A DNA stretch of 64,000 nt, taken from contig OX597828.1 of NCBI GenBank assembly GCA_951406725.2, positions 74,400,001 to 74,464,000 on the forward strand. The letters are read 5' to 3'. The notes beneath the pieces are model-generated. The model ran no database searches, was not told where the DNA came from, and saw only the letters and a program-made list of their open reading frames with translations. The stretch is from Octopus vulgaris (lineage: Eukaryota). Every line of letters begins with the position of its first letter. Position 1 is the stretch's first letter. Below are positions 1 through 12,845 of this stretch, piece by piece. Made by a program: the position numbers and the translations under genes.

Positions 1-38
1 AGGTATAGAGGGAAAAATAACGAAAGATCACACATACC

Positions 39-1289
39 CAAATCACTGATCGCGGATCCTGGGTGGATGTTGTTTACCTGGACTTTGCTAAGGCTTTTAA
101 CTCTGTGCCACACAAAAGACTTATGGTGAAGCTTTCTGCGTTGGGTGTAAGAGACGAACTCTTATAACTGGTTAAAGTCCTTTATTTTCGGCCGAAAAGA
201 GGTTGTCACAGTTCTAGGACAGCACTCTTCGCCCTATGAGATGACATCTGGTGTGCCGCAGGGATCTGTTCTTGGCCCCCTTTTATTTGTTGCATATGTT
301 AATGACATAGATGCCAACTTAAAGAATGCCACAGTGCTGAAATATGCAGATGACATCAAGCTGTACCTCGAAATAAAGAGGTCAAATCCTGTACACTATG
401 GATCTCTATTGCAAGCAGACCTGGACACAATGCAGCAGTGGATCATGGACTGGCAACTCAAGCTGGCTGTGGACAAATGTACCACCATGCAGGAGAAACC
501 CAGCGTCCATGAGAGGAGAAACCCAGCGTCCACCTACTCCCTCCACAACACTAGTCTCAAAAAGTCTTCAAGTGAACGTGACCTGGGTGTTATTGTCGAC
601 AGCGATTTGCGTTGGACAAAACACATCGCTAAAATTGTCAAGAAGGCTGAGGGCGTCTTGGCATCACTCACCAAATCCTTTGTGAGCCGCTCTCCAGCTA
701 TCTATCTGCGGCTTTATATAGCTATGGTAAGACCTCACCTGGAGTTTGCATCGCCGGTCTGGAGCCCCTATCTTGCCCAGGACATCAATCGTCTGGAAGC
801 TGTTCAGCGACGTGCAACCAAAAGAATACCCTCCATCAGGCATTTGCCATATCCTGAACGCCTTACCTCCCTGGGCATGGACACATTGAAACTCCGACGT
901 CTGGCAGCTGACTTGGCAGACACCCATAAAATTATCAACCATCGCACAAACAATAACTCTGAGCACCTCTTCAAACTCCACCCATCTAACACCCGTGGAC
1001 ATATTTACAAAGTAAGGAAACAGCACAGCTCCCATGACTTCAGGAAACATTTTTTCACGCTGAGAGTTGCTGAAGTGTGGAACAAACTGCCGACATCGGT
1101 TGTTAGTTGTCGGAGCACTGCTTCCTTCAAGACTTCCATGCTTCCTGAGATTCGCCAACACTACACTTGATTTTCTTCCCTCCATACACCCAGACATTTC
1201 TACACTACTGCATGTACTTTATATGCACTTTCTGACAAGTTGTGGTGCACCTGAGCACTGTATACAATAATTTCATTATATTATTATAT
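39..1289 (+). mobile_element. 5'-truncated CR1-group LINE (RT C-terminal half and 3' UTR)
   Basis: YLDFAKAF, SGVPQGSVLGPLLF, KYADD, ERDLGV, VRPHLEFASPVWSPY, WNKLP; ends in an (ATT)-like tail. Confidence 0.92.
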
Positions 1290-1659
1290 AAGATTACTTG
1301 AGAACACCATTTCTGGATTAGAAATCTTGGGCTGATGACAGAAATGTTGATCTCTTTATCCAACTAATCCAGAAATGGTGTTCTCAAGTAATCTTATGTA
1401 CGTGTGATCTTTCATTATTTTTCCCTCTATACCTACGTGAATTAATTTTGAGCAAACATTGTCTGGGAGACTTTTATTATAGTAGAGGAAATAGCTAAAA
1501 CTTTTTAGCTGCTATTTCTAATAGTTCAGTGTGTGGTAAAGTAAATTATTTTACTGAACCCTAATTATATAACGTAATGTTTTAAATATACCGTAAATGG
1601 TCTTTTTACATACTGAACACTACTTGGTAAAATTATTAATTAATAATTAATTAATTTTA

Positions 1660-1856
1660 CCCTTTTATTATTGACTACATATATGTTGGCGATTTTTTTT
1701 CCTCTGTCTTCCCTTCTCCTATGTTTCCGACGAAGAGCTCCGCTCGAAACGTTAAACCCTCCTTCTTCCCTTCTTTCCTGAGTGTCCAATAATACTATAT
1801 TTGTTCCACGTCCTCGCGTTGTTGTTTTTTTGTGTTTTCTTGTTTGGATTAACTTT

Positions 1857-1858
<2 letters not shown>
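1660..1858 (+). mobile_element. Penelope-like terminal repeat family A (other copies 6643-6845 minus, 34153-34380 plus)
   Basis: Three homologous ~200-bp pyrimidine-rich segments, each with a hammerhead motif and a CCACGT..GTTGTTGTTTT tail; the 1660 and 34153 copies run into (TA)n. Confidence 0.6.
1723..1757 (+). ncRNA. Minimal hammerhead ribozyme variant in Penelope-like terminal repeat
   Basis: GTTT-CCGACGA-A-GAGC(TCC)GCTC-GAAAC-GT-T-AAAC. Confidence 0.6.
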
Positions 1859-1935
<77 letters not shown>

Positions 1936-2013
1936 CATATATATGTATATATATATGTGTGTGTGTGTATATATATATATATATGTACATACACACACAG
2001 ACATATATATATA

Positions 2014-2424
2014 ATGGACTCTCCTGTTAGTTTTGACATATGAGGCTCCAAAAAACGTGCTCTGTCAGTCATAAAGCTTATGTCGTATGTGACATTTAAG
2101 TCCTGTCAACATTTTGAAAAGAAGGCAACAGGTGTTGCAAGAATGAGGATTACAGGTCAGTGCAGATGATATATTTGCAGCCGCTTTTCTCTTTTGCCTT
2201 GCACCCCGAAGCCTGTTAGTACCATTTTTAATACCATTTTGACACAATGATCTCCATTTTGGTCCTTCCAAAGCTGATCACTCAAAGGTGTTGTGAGCTA
2301 TCTTCATCTCCAAGAAGTCACTCTTCAGCTTGTGCTTATATCTGAGCCAGAGTTGATCAACATTCTTGTGCCCACTCTCAAGCTGACTGTATATGAGGAC
2401 TTTGGCTATTCTTTCGTCACTCAT
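2014..2424 (-). mobile_element. RTE-type LINE 3' fragment
   Basis: ORF 2065-2271: KWRSLC...[19 protein letters not shown], a C-terminal C2H2-like motif. Confidence 0.55.
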
Positions 2425-3107
2425 TCATCATCATCATCGTTTAACGTCCGCTTTCCATGCTAGCATGGGTTGGACGGTTCAACTGGGGTCTGGGAAGCCC
2501 GAAGGCTGCACCAGGCCAGTCAGATCTGGCGGTGTTTCTACAGCTGGATGCCCTTCCTAACGCCAACCACTCCGTGAGTGTAGTGGGTGCTTTTTATGTG
2601 CCACCGACACAAGTGCCAGACGAGGCTGGCGAACGGCCACGCTTGGATGGTGCTTTATACGTGCCACCGGCACAGAGGCCAGGCCAGGCTAGCATGGCCA
2701 CGATCAGATGGTGTTTGTTACGTGCCACGAGCACGGAGGCCAGTCGATGCGGTGCTGGCTACGGCCACGTTCGGATGGTTCTCTTATGTGCCACCGGCAC
2801 TGGTACCACAAACTACAAATTCCATTGATGTTGATCGATTTCGATTTTGATTTGATTTGATTTTTTGATTCTTTGATTTTCACTTGCCTCAACAGGTCTT
2901 CACAAGTAGAGTTATGTGTTCCAAGAAGGAAGGTATGCACAGGTGGACTGACTACGTCCCAGGTAGGGGCCACGGGTTATGGCCTCACTTGTCCTGCCGG
3001 GTCTTCTCACACACAGCATACTTCCAAAGGTTTCGGTCTCTGGTCATTTCCTCGGTGAGACCTAAAGAGCGAGGTCATGCTTCACCACCTCGTCCCAGGT
3101 TTTCCTG

Positions 3108-3108
<1 letters not shown>
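2425..3108 (-). mobile_element. RTE LINE 3' end (ORF tail, 3' UTR, (GAT)n)
   Basis: Homologous to 17900-18925; interrupted at a (TA)n tract. Confidence 0.85.
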
Positions 3109-3138
<30 letters not shown>

Positions 3139-3147
<9 letters not shown>

Positions 3148-3528
3148 TATTAGAGACAAAACCACTATTTTGCAAAACAAACAAGGAAAGACTTAATCAA
3201 TACATAAAATTTTAATAAATAGTCAAAAAAACCGCCACTACAATTGTTTCGGCAATCTTCAGGTGGACTTCCAATAAGTCAGTTTCAAATTATGAAACTG
3301 ACTTATTGGAAGTCCACCTGAAGATTGTCGATCAAGACAAGAAACAATTGTAGTGGCGGTTTTTTTGACTATTTATTAAAATTTTATGTATTGATTAAGT
3401 CTTTCCTTGTTTGTTTTGCAAAATAGTGGTTTTGTCTCTAATAATATTTTATAATATTTTACTATAAAATTGGATTTAATCCTAAATCTGATTTTTTCCC
3501 TGTAAATTTGGATTTATTCCCTAATATT

Positions 3529-3533
<5 letters not shown>
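3139..3533. mobile_element. Fold-back Penelope-like insertion (inverted repeat 3139-3452 plus unpaired tail)
   Basis: About 150-bp near-perfect arms with a 5-nt loop (3288-3292); hammerhead in the arms; (TA)n on both sides. Confidence 0.7.
3314..3356 (+). ncRNA. Minimal type I hammerhead ribozyme
   Basis: CCAC-CTGAAGA-TTGTC(GATCAA)GACAA-GAAAC-AATT-GT-A-GTGG: helices I and II, palindromic helix III, GUA cleavage triplet. Confidence 0.85.
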
Positions 3534-3567
<34 letters not shown>

Positions 3568-3570
<3 letters not shown>

Positions 3571-4738
3571 GCAGACAAGACAGAAGTAAATAGACACCCC
3601 ATAAAACCCCATTTTATGTTTTACTGTGAATGGTTTGTATTCTTTATTAATTGACAGTTTTTATGTTTCAAGTTCTATTTGTGGCTTTTTAATCCTGCCA
3701 CATACAAAAGAAGTCTTGGAACTGTCTGAATTTCAAAGAGGTGATATTGTCAGTCAATCTGAAGGTGGAATTAGCCAAGTGTGAACCATCACAAAACCTT
3801 GGAATCCCACTTTCTACAGTTTACTGAGTGATTGTGCAATTCACCAGAGAGGGGAAGGAGTCTACATCACCTTGTCCAGGTCAACCAGGTCCCTCTGACA
3901 ACCCTTCGCTTTGTTAAGTGTGGAGGATAATCCTCATTGCTAGGCCTCTGACATAGCACAATAAGTTGATGTCAGTCCCAGAACAGCTGTCAGGTGTCTC
4001 CACAAACTTGGTTACTATGGAAGAGCAGCAAGAAGGAAGCCACTTCTTTGGCCAGCCAATATCATGTGGAGAAAAAATTGGACCAATGAGATGGTGGAGA
4101 GGCCACTAGCATTTTGGGACATTGATATATTCTCTGATGAGTCCAGATTTGCTGCATTTTCTAATAGTGGTCAAGTGTGGGCTTGGAGACTCTGTGACCA
4201 AGAATTTGATGTGGAAAGATTGCAGCCAACAATGAAAAATGATGGCTATTTTGCGATGGTTTGAGGAAAAATTTGGATCAATGGTTAATCATAGCTGGTG
4301 GAGTGTGAGGGAAACATAAACTCAGATAAATATTTGTCCATATTGCAGAAAAGACTCCTTCCAATCCTTCTCCAATGATGAAATGATTAAAGAAGACTCT
4401 TTATTTATGGATGATGGAACTCCTTATCACACAAAGATTGGATGGAAAAGAATGGCATTAAAAAACTTCCAAGATCAACTCAGTCACCAGATATGAACCC
4501 TATTGAACATCTCTGGGGCATAATGGACAGGACACTTCATAAAATGAACAAGAAAGCATCCTCAAAGCCAGATTTTTTGAGATCATTGCATGAAACTTGA
4601 CAAGAAATTCCTCAAGAGAATACCTGTCATCTGATCAGTAGGGTCCTAATAGGGTCCTTGCATTGAATGTATGATTCTGGATTTAAATAAATTTTAACGA
4701 TTATAAGCGTGTCTATTTACTTCTGTCATGTGTGTGTG
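3568..4738 (+). mobile_element. Tc1/mariner DNA transposon with degraded DD34E transposase
   Basis: TIR core GACAGAAGTAAATAGACAC at both ends; remnants ELSEFQRG, ARRKPLL, FSDESRF, FMDDGTPYH, SPDMNPIEHLW; frameshifts and stops. Confidence 0.9.
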
Positions 4739-5639
4739 TGCATGTGTGTGCGTGTGTGTGTGTATGTGTGTATGTATATATATATATATATATATATGTA
4801 CAATACTAACTATATAATAATATATATACTCCAATTTAAAACTCATCATTCCAGTCAGTTGTTTATACACGCACCCAATGAGCTTCTTTCAGTTTCCGTC
4901 TACCAATTCCACTCACAAGGCCCTGGTCAGCCTAAGGATATAGTATACACTTGCCCAAGGTACCATGCAGTAGAACTGAACCCAAAACCGTGTTGTTGAG
5001 AACACACACACACACATATATAAACACACATACATCACCATCGATTAACGTCCATTTTCCCTGCTGCCATGAGTTGGATGGTTTGACTGAGAACTGATGA
5101 ACTGGGAGGCTGCACCAGGCTCTCCAGTCTGATTTGGCAAGGTTTCAACAGCTGGATGCCCTTCTGAATGCCAACCACCCCGAGAGTGCACCCACTACAC
5201 TCTCAAAGTGGTTGGCGTTAGGAAGGGCATCCAGCTGTAGGAACTCTGCCAGACCAGATTGGAGAGCCTGGTGCAGCCACTGGCCCTCCAGACCTCAGTC
5301 AAACAGTCCAACCCATGCCAGCATGGAAAACGGACGTTAATCGATGATGATGATGATGATGGGTGTGTTTCCTTTATGAGGCAACCAAAGGATTAATAAA
5401 ACTTCATTCACACACCCTGTCAGATTCAAGTCACATGTTTGTACCTATATAAGTCACAGAGCTAACTTACTGCTAAGCCTCCCTACAAAACAGCTGTCCT
5501 TAGGTAAGTACTTTTAATTTTTGTCCCATTAATAAGTCAAAGCTGGTTTCTAGGTGGAATTCAGGAGTAAAGTAAGTGTGACATACATGGATAGTTAACT
5601 GTAGCATTATCTTTATACCACTTGAATTCATTGCCCCAT

Positions 5640-5690
<51 letters not shown>

Positions 5691-6260
5691 CTGTAGTTGT
5701 AAGGGAGGGGCAGACAAGAAGAAAAGATAGTTAACAAGCTCCATAGAAAATACTTCCTGTTGTAACCATGGCAACAAGCAGCTCAGTCAATAAAGGCGTG
5801 TGTGTGTATATATATATATTTATCAATTAATAACTTTGGGAATATAATAGGTGCGCAAACATATACACACAATGGCAGTATATTTGTGTTGTGGGCTGTA
5901 AAATTCTATACATTTCTTAATTAACTTTTCTGTCTTATACATACATATAAATGAACACACATATACTATGTATTCTCGTTTCAGTCATTAGACTGCGGCC
6001 ATGCTGGGGCACCAGCCTGAAGAATCTTATTTGAATGAATCAACGGCAGTACTTTTTTTTTTAACCTGATACTTACTTTACTGATACCTTTGGCTGAACT
6101 GCTAAGTTATGAGGACATAAACACACCAACACCAGTTATCAAGTAATGATAGTAGGGATAGTCCTATGTAAGCTAAGCAAGATAAACCTTCAACACCCTA
6201 ACCCTAATAAATATTTATATATAAATATAAGTATATGTATATATATATGTATATATATAA

Positions 6261-6295
<35 letters not shown>

Positions 6296-6300
<5 letters not shown>

Positions 6301-6630
6301 AATGGCTCAGTGGTTAGAGCGTCAAGCTTACGATTGTAAGGTTGTGAGCTCAAATCCCGGATCGGGCTGCGTGTTGTGTTCTTGAGCAAGACACTTTATT
6401 TCACGTTGCTCCAGTTCACTCAGCTGTAGAAATGAGCTGCGACATCACTGGTGCCAAGCTGTATCAGCCCCTTTGCCTTTCCCTTGGACATCATCAGTGG
6501 CATGGAGAGGGGAGGCCAGTATGCATGGGCGACTGCTAGTCTTCCATAAACAACCTTGCCCAGACTTGTGCCTGGGAGGGTAACTTTCTAGTTGCAATCC
6601 CATGGTCATTCATGACTGAAGGGGATCTCA
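6296..6630 (+). mobile_element. tRNA-derived SINE (second copy 12345-12670 minus)
   Basis: A-box-like TGGCTCAGTGGTTAGAGC, degenerate B box, TTGAGCAAGACACTT core, shared 3' tail. Confidence 0.75.
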
Positions 6631-6737
6631 GAATATAGTCAATCTAAACATAAACAAGCAAGAAAAAACAACAACATGAGGACGTGGAACAAGTACAGTG
6701 TTTTTGGACGGTCAGGAAAGGAAAGAAAAGAAAGAGG

Positions 6738-6772
6738 ATTTCATGTTTCGAGCAGAGCTCTTCGTCAGAAAT
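6738..6772 (-). ncRNA. Hammerhead motif, decayed, same family as 1723
   Basis: ATTT-CTGACGA-A-GAGC(TCT)GCTC-GAAAC-ATG-AAAT; cleavage triplet mutated. Confidence 0.5.
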
Positions 6773-6872
6773 ATAGAAAAAGTCCAAAGAAGGGAAGACG
6801 GAGAAAGAAAATGGCCAACGATACACACGCAGTCACATATTGAAAAAAAGTGCATACACACACCACACACAC

Positions 6873-6925
<53 letters not shown>

Positions 6926-8800
6926 AGAATGTGTATGTATATATATATGTACACAACACCATCATCATCTTTTTAACCCCAGCTTTCTCCATGCTACAAC
7001 AGGTTTGACAAAACTTCTTGGGGGAGAACTCATTTTCGTTTTCAAGAAAGGGACTTCATTTTATTTCGCCTCCACACATTGAACCAGTAAACTGTGAGAC
7101 ATACGTTTCTTCAAGACATGAATAAACACCACTACAGCCCACACCGTATCAATGTGAACACACACAGTTGACACTCTGTTGGTTATACCAATAAGTGTTC
7201 CCGTCGGTCCGATCAACAGGAGAACCTGCTTGTGAAATGAACGTGCAAGTGGCTGAGTACTCCACAGACACACGTACATTTAATGTAGTTTTCAAGGAGA
7301 TTCAGTGCTGTACAGAATGTGAAAGGGCTGGCCCTTTTGAATTACGGGTACCACTCATTTTTGTTAGCTGAGTGGACTGGAGCAATGTGAAGCACACATG
7401 TATATGCAAAAGGCTTCTATGCAGTTTCCATCAGTCAAATTTCGCTCAGCTGGCAGTGATCAGCCTGAGCATGTTTAAAGTTCACTCGGGTGTTCTGTTC
7501 TTTTATCTGTCAATAGAATAAACGAAAGTATTCCATGAATTTAAGTCTGGTGACCTCAAGGATGGTTTCAACATTGAATCCTTATCCAGCGAGGGAAATT
7601 GGAGAGAAAAATATGCCTCAGATAAATCAATGTCCAACACCGGTTCATTCTCCTTCCCTCCTCTCCCCCTTCCCCCTCTCCCTCTCTCTGGACAAATTTT
7701 ATGGATGGTTAAATAACCCCCCCCCCCCTCTTGCAATTAGGTCTGTGAGACATGACTAACCATGTCAAACTTTGTTCTGGGGGTATACAATCTGTTACAC
7801 TTACCCATCCAACCCTCTACCACCTTCCTATCCCCCCCGCTAGATCGACTCCCCTACCACCACCACCACCACCACCTTTCTTTCTCTTTTTCTTTGTTTC
7901 CTTGGTGAAGTAGGACTGCATTGATTTTTTCCCGCTTTTTTTTCTCCCCAATGATTTGATCGTTTATATTTTTATGTTGTTAATAAAAACAAAATCTGTT
8001 CATATCTCTTCCATCTTTTACTTGTTTCAGTCATTAGACAGTGGCCACACTGGAGCACTGCCTTGAAGAATTTTTACTCAAATTTATTCATAAAGCCTGG
8101 TACTTATTCTATCAGTCTCTTTTTACCAAACCGTTAAGTTATGTGAACATAAACTCACCAACACTCGTTGTCAAGGGGTGGTAGGGGACAAACACAGACC
8201 ACAAAGACACATACACACACACACATATATATATGTATGTGTGTGTGTATGTGTCTTTGTGGTCTGTGTTTGTCCCCTACCACCCCTTGACAACGAGTGT
8301 ATATATATGTGTGTGTGTGTATGTGTGTGTGTGCGTGTAGTTTCAGGCATGGCTGGGTGCTAAGAAGCTTGCTTCTCAACCACATTGTTCCCAAGCACAG
8401 TCTCACTGCTTAGCACCTTGGGAAAGTGTCCTCTACTATGGCCAAGGGCCAACCAAAGCCTTGTGAGTGGATTTGACAGATGGAAACTGGAAGAAGCTAA
8501 TTGTGTGTGTGTGTGTGTGTGTGTGCGTGTACATACTGTATATACTTATGTAAAAGTCAAATTCTTTGGACCATTTTTATGGTCAAATTTATGAGGATAC
8601 TACTTTTGAGAGGCAGAAATTCAAGCTAGAATCCGAAGTACCATATTAGCAGCAGAAATCCAACTGATCTCTAAGCAAATAAAAACAAAAACACAATGAG
8701 TCACAGTAATATTACCAATTCTATGCATCAAAACAGACGTCCTAGTAAAATATAAAGGTTGCATGTATATTTATATATGTATATATATATGTATATTTGT

Positions 8801-9072
8801 ACATGGTACCGTCTTTTAGTCTGACGTCACTTCATCAAATGTCTTTTTGTCCGTATCTTTTGGTTCGACGTCTCCTTGTCCAATGATTTTTTTGTACAAC
8901 AACAAACCCTATCAATTAAATTCTCAACAATTATTTGATTTTGATGTTCACCTTGTTTTCTAAAGAGTTTATCTAAAATTAGGCAAAAAGTTGGAGCAAA
9001 ACATCATCGGACAAAAAGACGTCGGATGAAAAGACATGGCTGAAGTGACATTGGACAAAGAGACGGGCATGT
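8801..9072. mobile_element. Non-autonomous DNA transposon (MITE) with ~15-bp subterminal repeats
   Basis: Left arm repeats GTCTTTTNGTCC; right arm has the reverse complement GGACNAAAAGAC; ACATG/CATGT ends. Confidence 0.55.
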
Positions 9073-9089
9073 TTTATATATATATACAG

Positions 9090-11355
9090 ACTCTCCTCTC
9101 GGACCATGATATGATACTCTGCAACCTTAATTCCCAGCATATGAAAACCAAAGCAGCCAATCCCACTCCAATGCAGAAACATAAACTTCCACAATGCAGA
9201 CTGGGGTACAATCAGAAAGGATCCGTCCTTTGCTGACAGGTTCTTCATTCTCAGTTCCACTTACATTGAAACCACATGGCAACATTTTGAGGACATTGTC
9301 ACCTATACATGCTCAAAACACACTCCTACGAAATCCACTAGCATAAAAAAAAAATGGCTCCCTAGAGAGAAAAAAACTCATCAAGAACATCAAAAAACTT
9401 AATAAAAAAATCAACCAATTAAAATACTCCCACATACAACATCCACATTCAACAACAATGAAAAGGCTGGAATCAGAAAAACTTCATCTGAAGACCAACA
9501 TGAAAACCTGCATTGAAAATCAAAGAGCTGCAGAGGAACAGTGGGTAATCAAAAAAAAAACAAACAGAACCCAAAAGTGTTCTATTCATATGCAAATAAG
9601 CATAGGACTGCAGTCTCATCCATTGGTCCATTGATCGATGAGAACGGCATTCTCCAACAGAATGCTAAAGAAATGGCAGAAATATTGCAGAATCAATACT
9701 GCACTGTCTTTAGTGATCCCACAGATATTGATGTAAGAGATGCGAATGAAGTTAATTCCCAACATATAATCTTGGACATAACCTTTACTGCTTCAGACAT
9801 CATAGCCGCAATAAATGAGGTCAAATACTATTTTGCTGTAGGCCTTGATAGATTCCCCGCTAGTCTCATGAAGGAATGTAGCCACCAACTTGCAGTCCCT
9901 GTGACCAACCTCTGGAGAAATTCTTTAGACTCAGTTTATATACCGAAATAGCTCTTATCCCTGTCTGTCATCCTGGTTTTCAAACAGTGGAACAGATCTC
10001 TCGGAGTCAACTATCGCCCAATCTCACTCACTTCTTATATTATTAAAGTGTTTGAAAGGGTGGTGCAATCAAGGACAGTTGGTTTCCTGAAGAACAACAA
10101 TCGCCTAAATTCAAACCAGAATGGCTTTCGCTGCAACAGGGACAGCTCTTACACCACATCAATGATATCTTTAAAGCCATGGGATCAGGTTCAAACTCTG
10201 TTGTCATATATCTTGAATTCAGTAAAACATTCAACAGAGTCGACCATAATATCCTATTGTCAAAGGTTGGAATCCATGGAAAACTCCTACACTGGACTGA
10301 GGATTTCCGGAGAACAGAACACATGTTGTGATCGGTGAAATCCACTCAAACCCAGCAAAAGTCACCACTGGTGTCTTTCAGGGGACTGTCTTGGGCCCCG
10401 CTTCTCTTTGTAGTCTATATAAACAACACAGCAAAGTGAAAATATTCACCGATGACTCTAAGCTCCAGAAAATTATCAATGAAGAAGACCAAACTCAACT
10501 CCAGTCTGATCTACATGCGGTGAGTCAATGGGCAGACAAAAACTAAACGAGGGAAAAACTGAGCTGATGCATTTTGGAAGAAAGACTATGGCTAAAACAG
10601 CCATACTCTCTTCCTTCTGGGGAACCACTCACAACATCTAATAATATCAGAGACCTGGGAATAATTGTTGAAAGCAATCTCAGCTGGAGTGCCCACATCA
10701 ACAATAAAGTTGATAAAGATGAGCTCCTGGATCCTAAGAACCTTCCGGTCCAGAGAACAAGCCGTCATCATTCCTCATCCTCTTCCTTTATACAGCCACA
10801 CCTCAAATACTGCTGCCCCCTATGGTTTCCTCATCCAAAACAAAACATTTCAAAAATTGAATCACCCCACAGGTCATTCACTAAAAGAATTAAGGGCATG
10901 ACTGCCCTCGATTATTGGGGTTGCTTTAAAGCATTGAAGCTCTTTTCTCTCCAGTGCTGCAATGAGTGATACATCATTTGCACACTGTGGAAAAAATACC
11001 ACAAGCATTGCCCAAACGACCTCAAGATTAGCTTCAAAATTCATTGAAGGCTAGGACCACGGGCTAAACGTCCCATACCCAATTCAGGGTCACAGCACTT
11101 AAATACACTGCAACAGGCCATGCCCTATTTAGTATTGTCTCGAAACAGATCAAATAGGAAAAGGATACAATCACCTTTAAACAAAATCGGGACAAATAAG
11201 CCACGTATACCTGGATACAACCCACTCAACAAGAACTCACTACTCGAATGGGCCATGATACCACAAAACTTCTTAAAAAGGATTTAGCTAAACCTATCAT
11301 TTGGTGTTATTAAGTTAGACATGGCTTGGACTAATCTTTGGTCGAAACATATCTA

Positions 11356-11360
<5 letters not shown>
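9090..11360 (+). mobile_element. Degraded CR1-group LINE
   Basis: NPKVFYSY, NYRPISLTS, GVFQGTVLGP, KIFTDDSKL, IRDLGII, PHLKYCCPLW across frameshifts; 3' end shared with 20155-21297. Confidence 0.88.
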
Positions 11361-11391
<31 letters not shown>

Positions 11392-12016
11392 AACGTGGTC
11401 AATGCCAGGTCTGCCCGACTGGTTCCAGTGCTAGTGACATGTAAAAAGCTCCAACTGATTGTGACCAATACCAGTACCTCATGACTGGCTCCTGTGCTGG
11501 TGGCACATAAAATGCACCATCCGAACGTGATTTTTGCCAGGCCCGCTTTACTTGCTCCTGTGCCAGTTGCATGTAAAAAGCACCCACTACACTCTCGGAG
11601 TGATTGGCGTTAGGATGGGCCTCCAGCTGTAGAAACTCGCTCACGAGACCTCAGTCAAACCGTCCAACCCATGCCAGCATGGAAAACGGACGTTAATCGA
11701 TGATGATGATACCACATACTCACACACACACAAGCCTTAAGTTTTCTGATACATATCTGGAAGAAACGTTTGGGTAACTTTCTGACCTGAATTTAGAATG
11801 AGGCATGTGGGAGGGGGGGAGAATCCATTCGTTTGGAAATGGTTGAGTAATAAGCACTTTGCTTCCCAACCACATGGTTCTGAGTTCAGTTCCACTGTGT
11901 TGCATGGGGCTTCTACTACAGCCTTGAGCCAACCAAAGCCTTATGAGAGGATTTCATAAATGGAAACTGGAAGATGCCCATCCTGTGTGTATATATGTGT
12001 GTGTATGTGTGTGTGT

Positions 12017-12058
<42 letters not shown>

Positions 12059-12300
12059 GATGGCTGCCCCCTCGTTATCGAGTATGGCCATTGCACAAAG
12101 CTTAACTGTTACTGGTGCTGTGATCGAACGTGACTTTTTTAGCCCAGCCAAAGATCTACAATGTCTTGTACAGAATTGGCAACTAAAACCTTTACTGGTG
12201 ATAGCCGGCTGTAGTTGTAACTGGGCTTCATGTACCTTTGCATGTCGTTTAAGTCCTCCTGCCGAATTACACTCTCTTCCACATGCCCGACAGATATGAT
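12059..12300 (-). mobile_element. RTE-type LINE 3' fragment with two C2H2 fingers
   Basis: HICRACGRECNSAGGLKRHAKVH and FSCQFCTRHCRSLAGLK, followed by a short 3' UTR. Confidence 0.55.
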
Positions 12301-12684
12301 GAGTATGGTGTGTAACATGTACATGTATATACATATACACGAGGAGACTCCCTTCGGTCATGAATGACCATGGGATTGCACCTAGAAAGTTACCCTCCAA
12401 GGCACAAGTGTGGGCAAGGTTGTTTGTGGAAGCAGTCGCCCATGCATACCACCCTCCCCTCTCCATGCCACTGATGATGTCCAAGGGGAAGGCAAAGGGG
12501 TCAATACAGTTTGGCACCAGTGATGTCGCAATTCATTTCTACAGCTGAGTGAACTGGAGAAACATGAAATAAAATATCTTGCTCAAGAACACAACATGCA
12601 GCCCGGTCTGGGATTTGAACTCACAACCTCAAAATCATAAGCTCAACGCTCTGAGCACTGAACCATGTACCTTCATATATACAC

Positions 12685-12726
<42 letters not shown>

Positions 12727-12845
12727 ATATATCTATATATATATATATATGTGTGTGTGTATATATATCTATATATATATATATGTGTGTGTGTATATAT
12801 ATATATGTGTGTGTATATATATATATGTGTGTGTATATATATATA

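Noticed and set aside
1332-1350. CTGATGACAGAAA in a hairpin loop
   Set aside because: Core-like words but no closing helices; at most a truncated remnant.
6296-6370. tRNA gene
   Set aside because: It is a SINE head: the cloverleaf is broken and the sequence continues into SINE body.
7061-7650. Exon-like stretches (minus donor near 7104, plus acceptor near 7516)
   Set aside because: No recognisable protein and no consistent partner exons.
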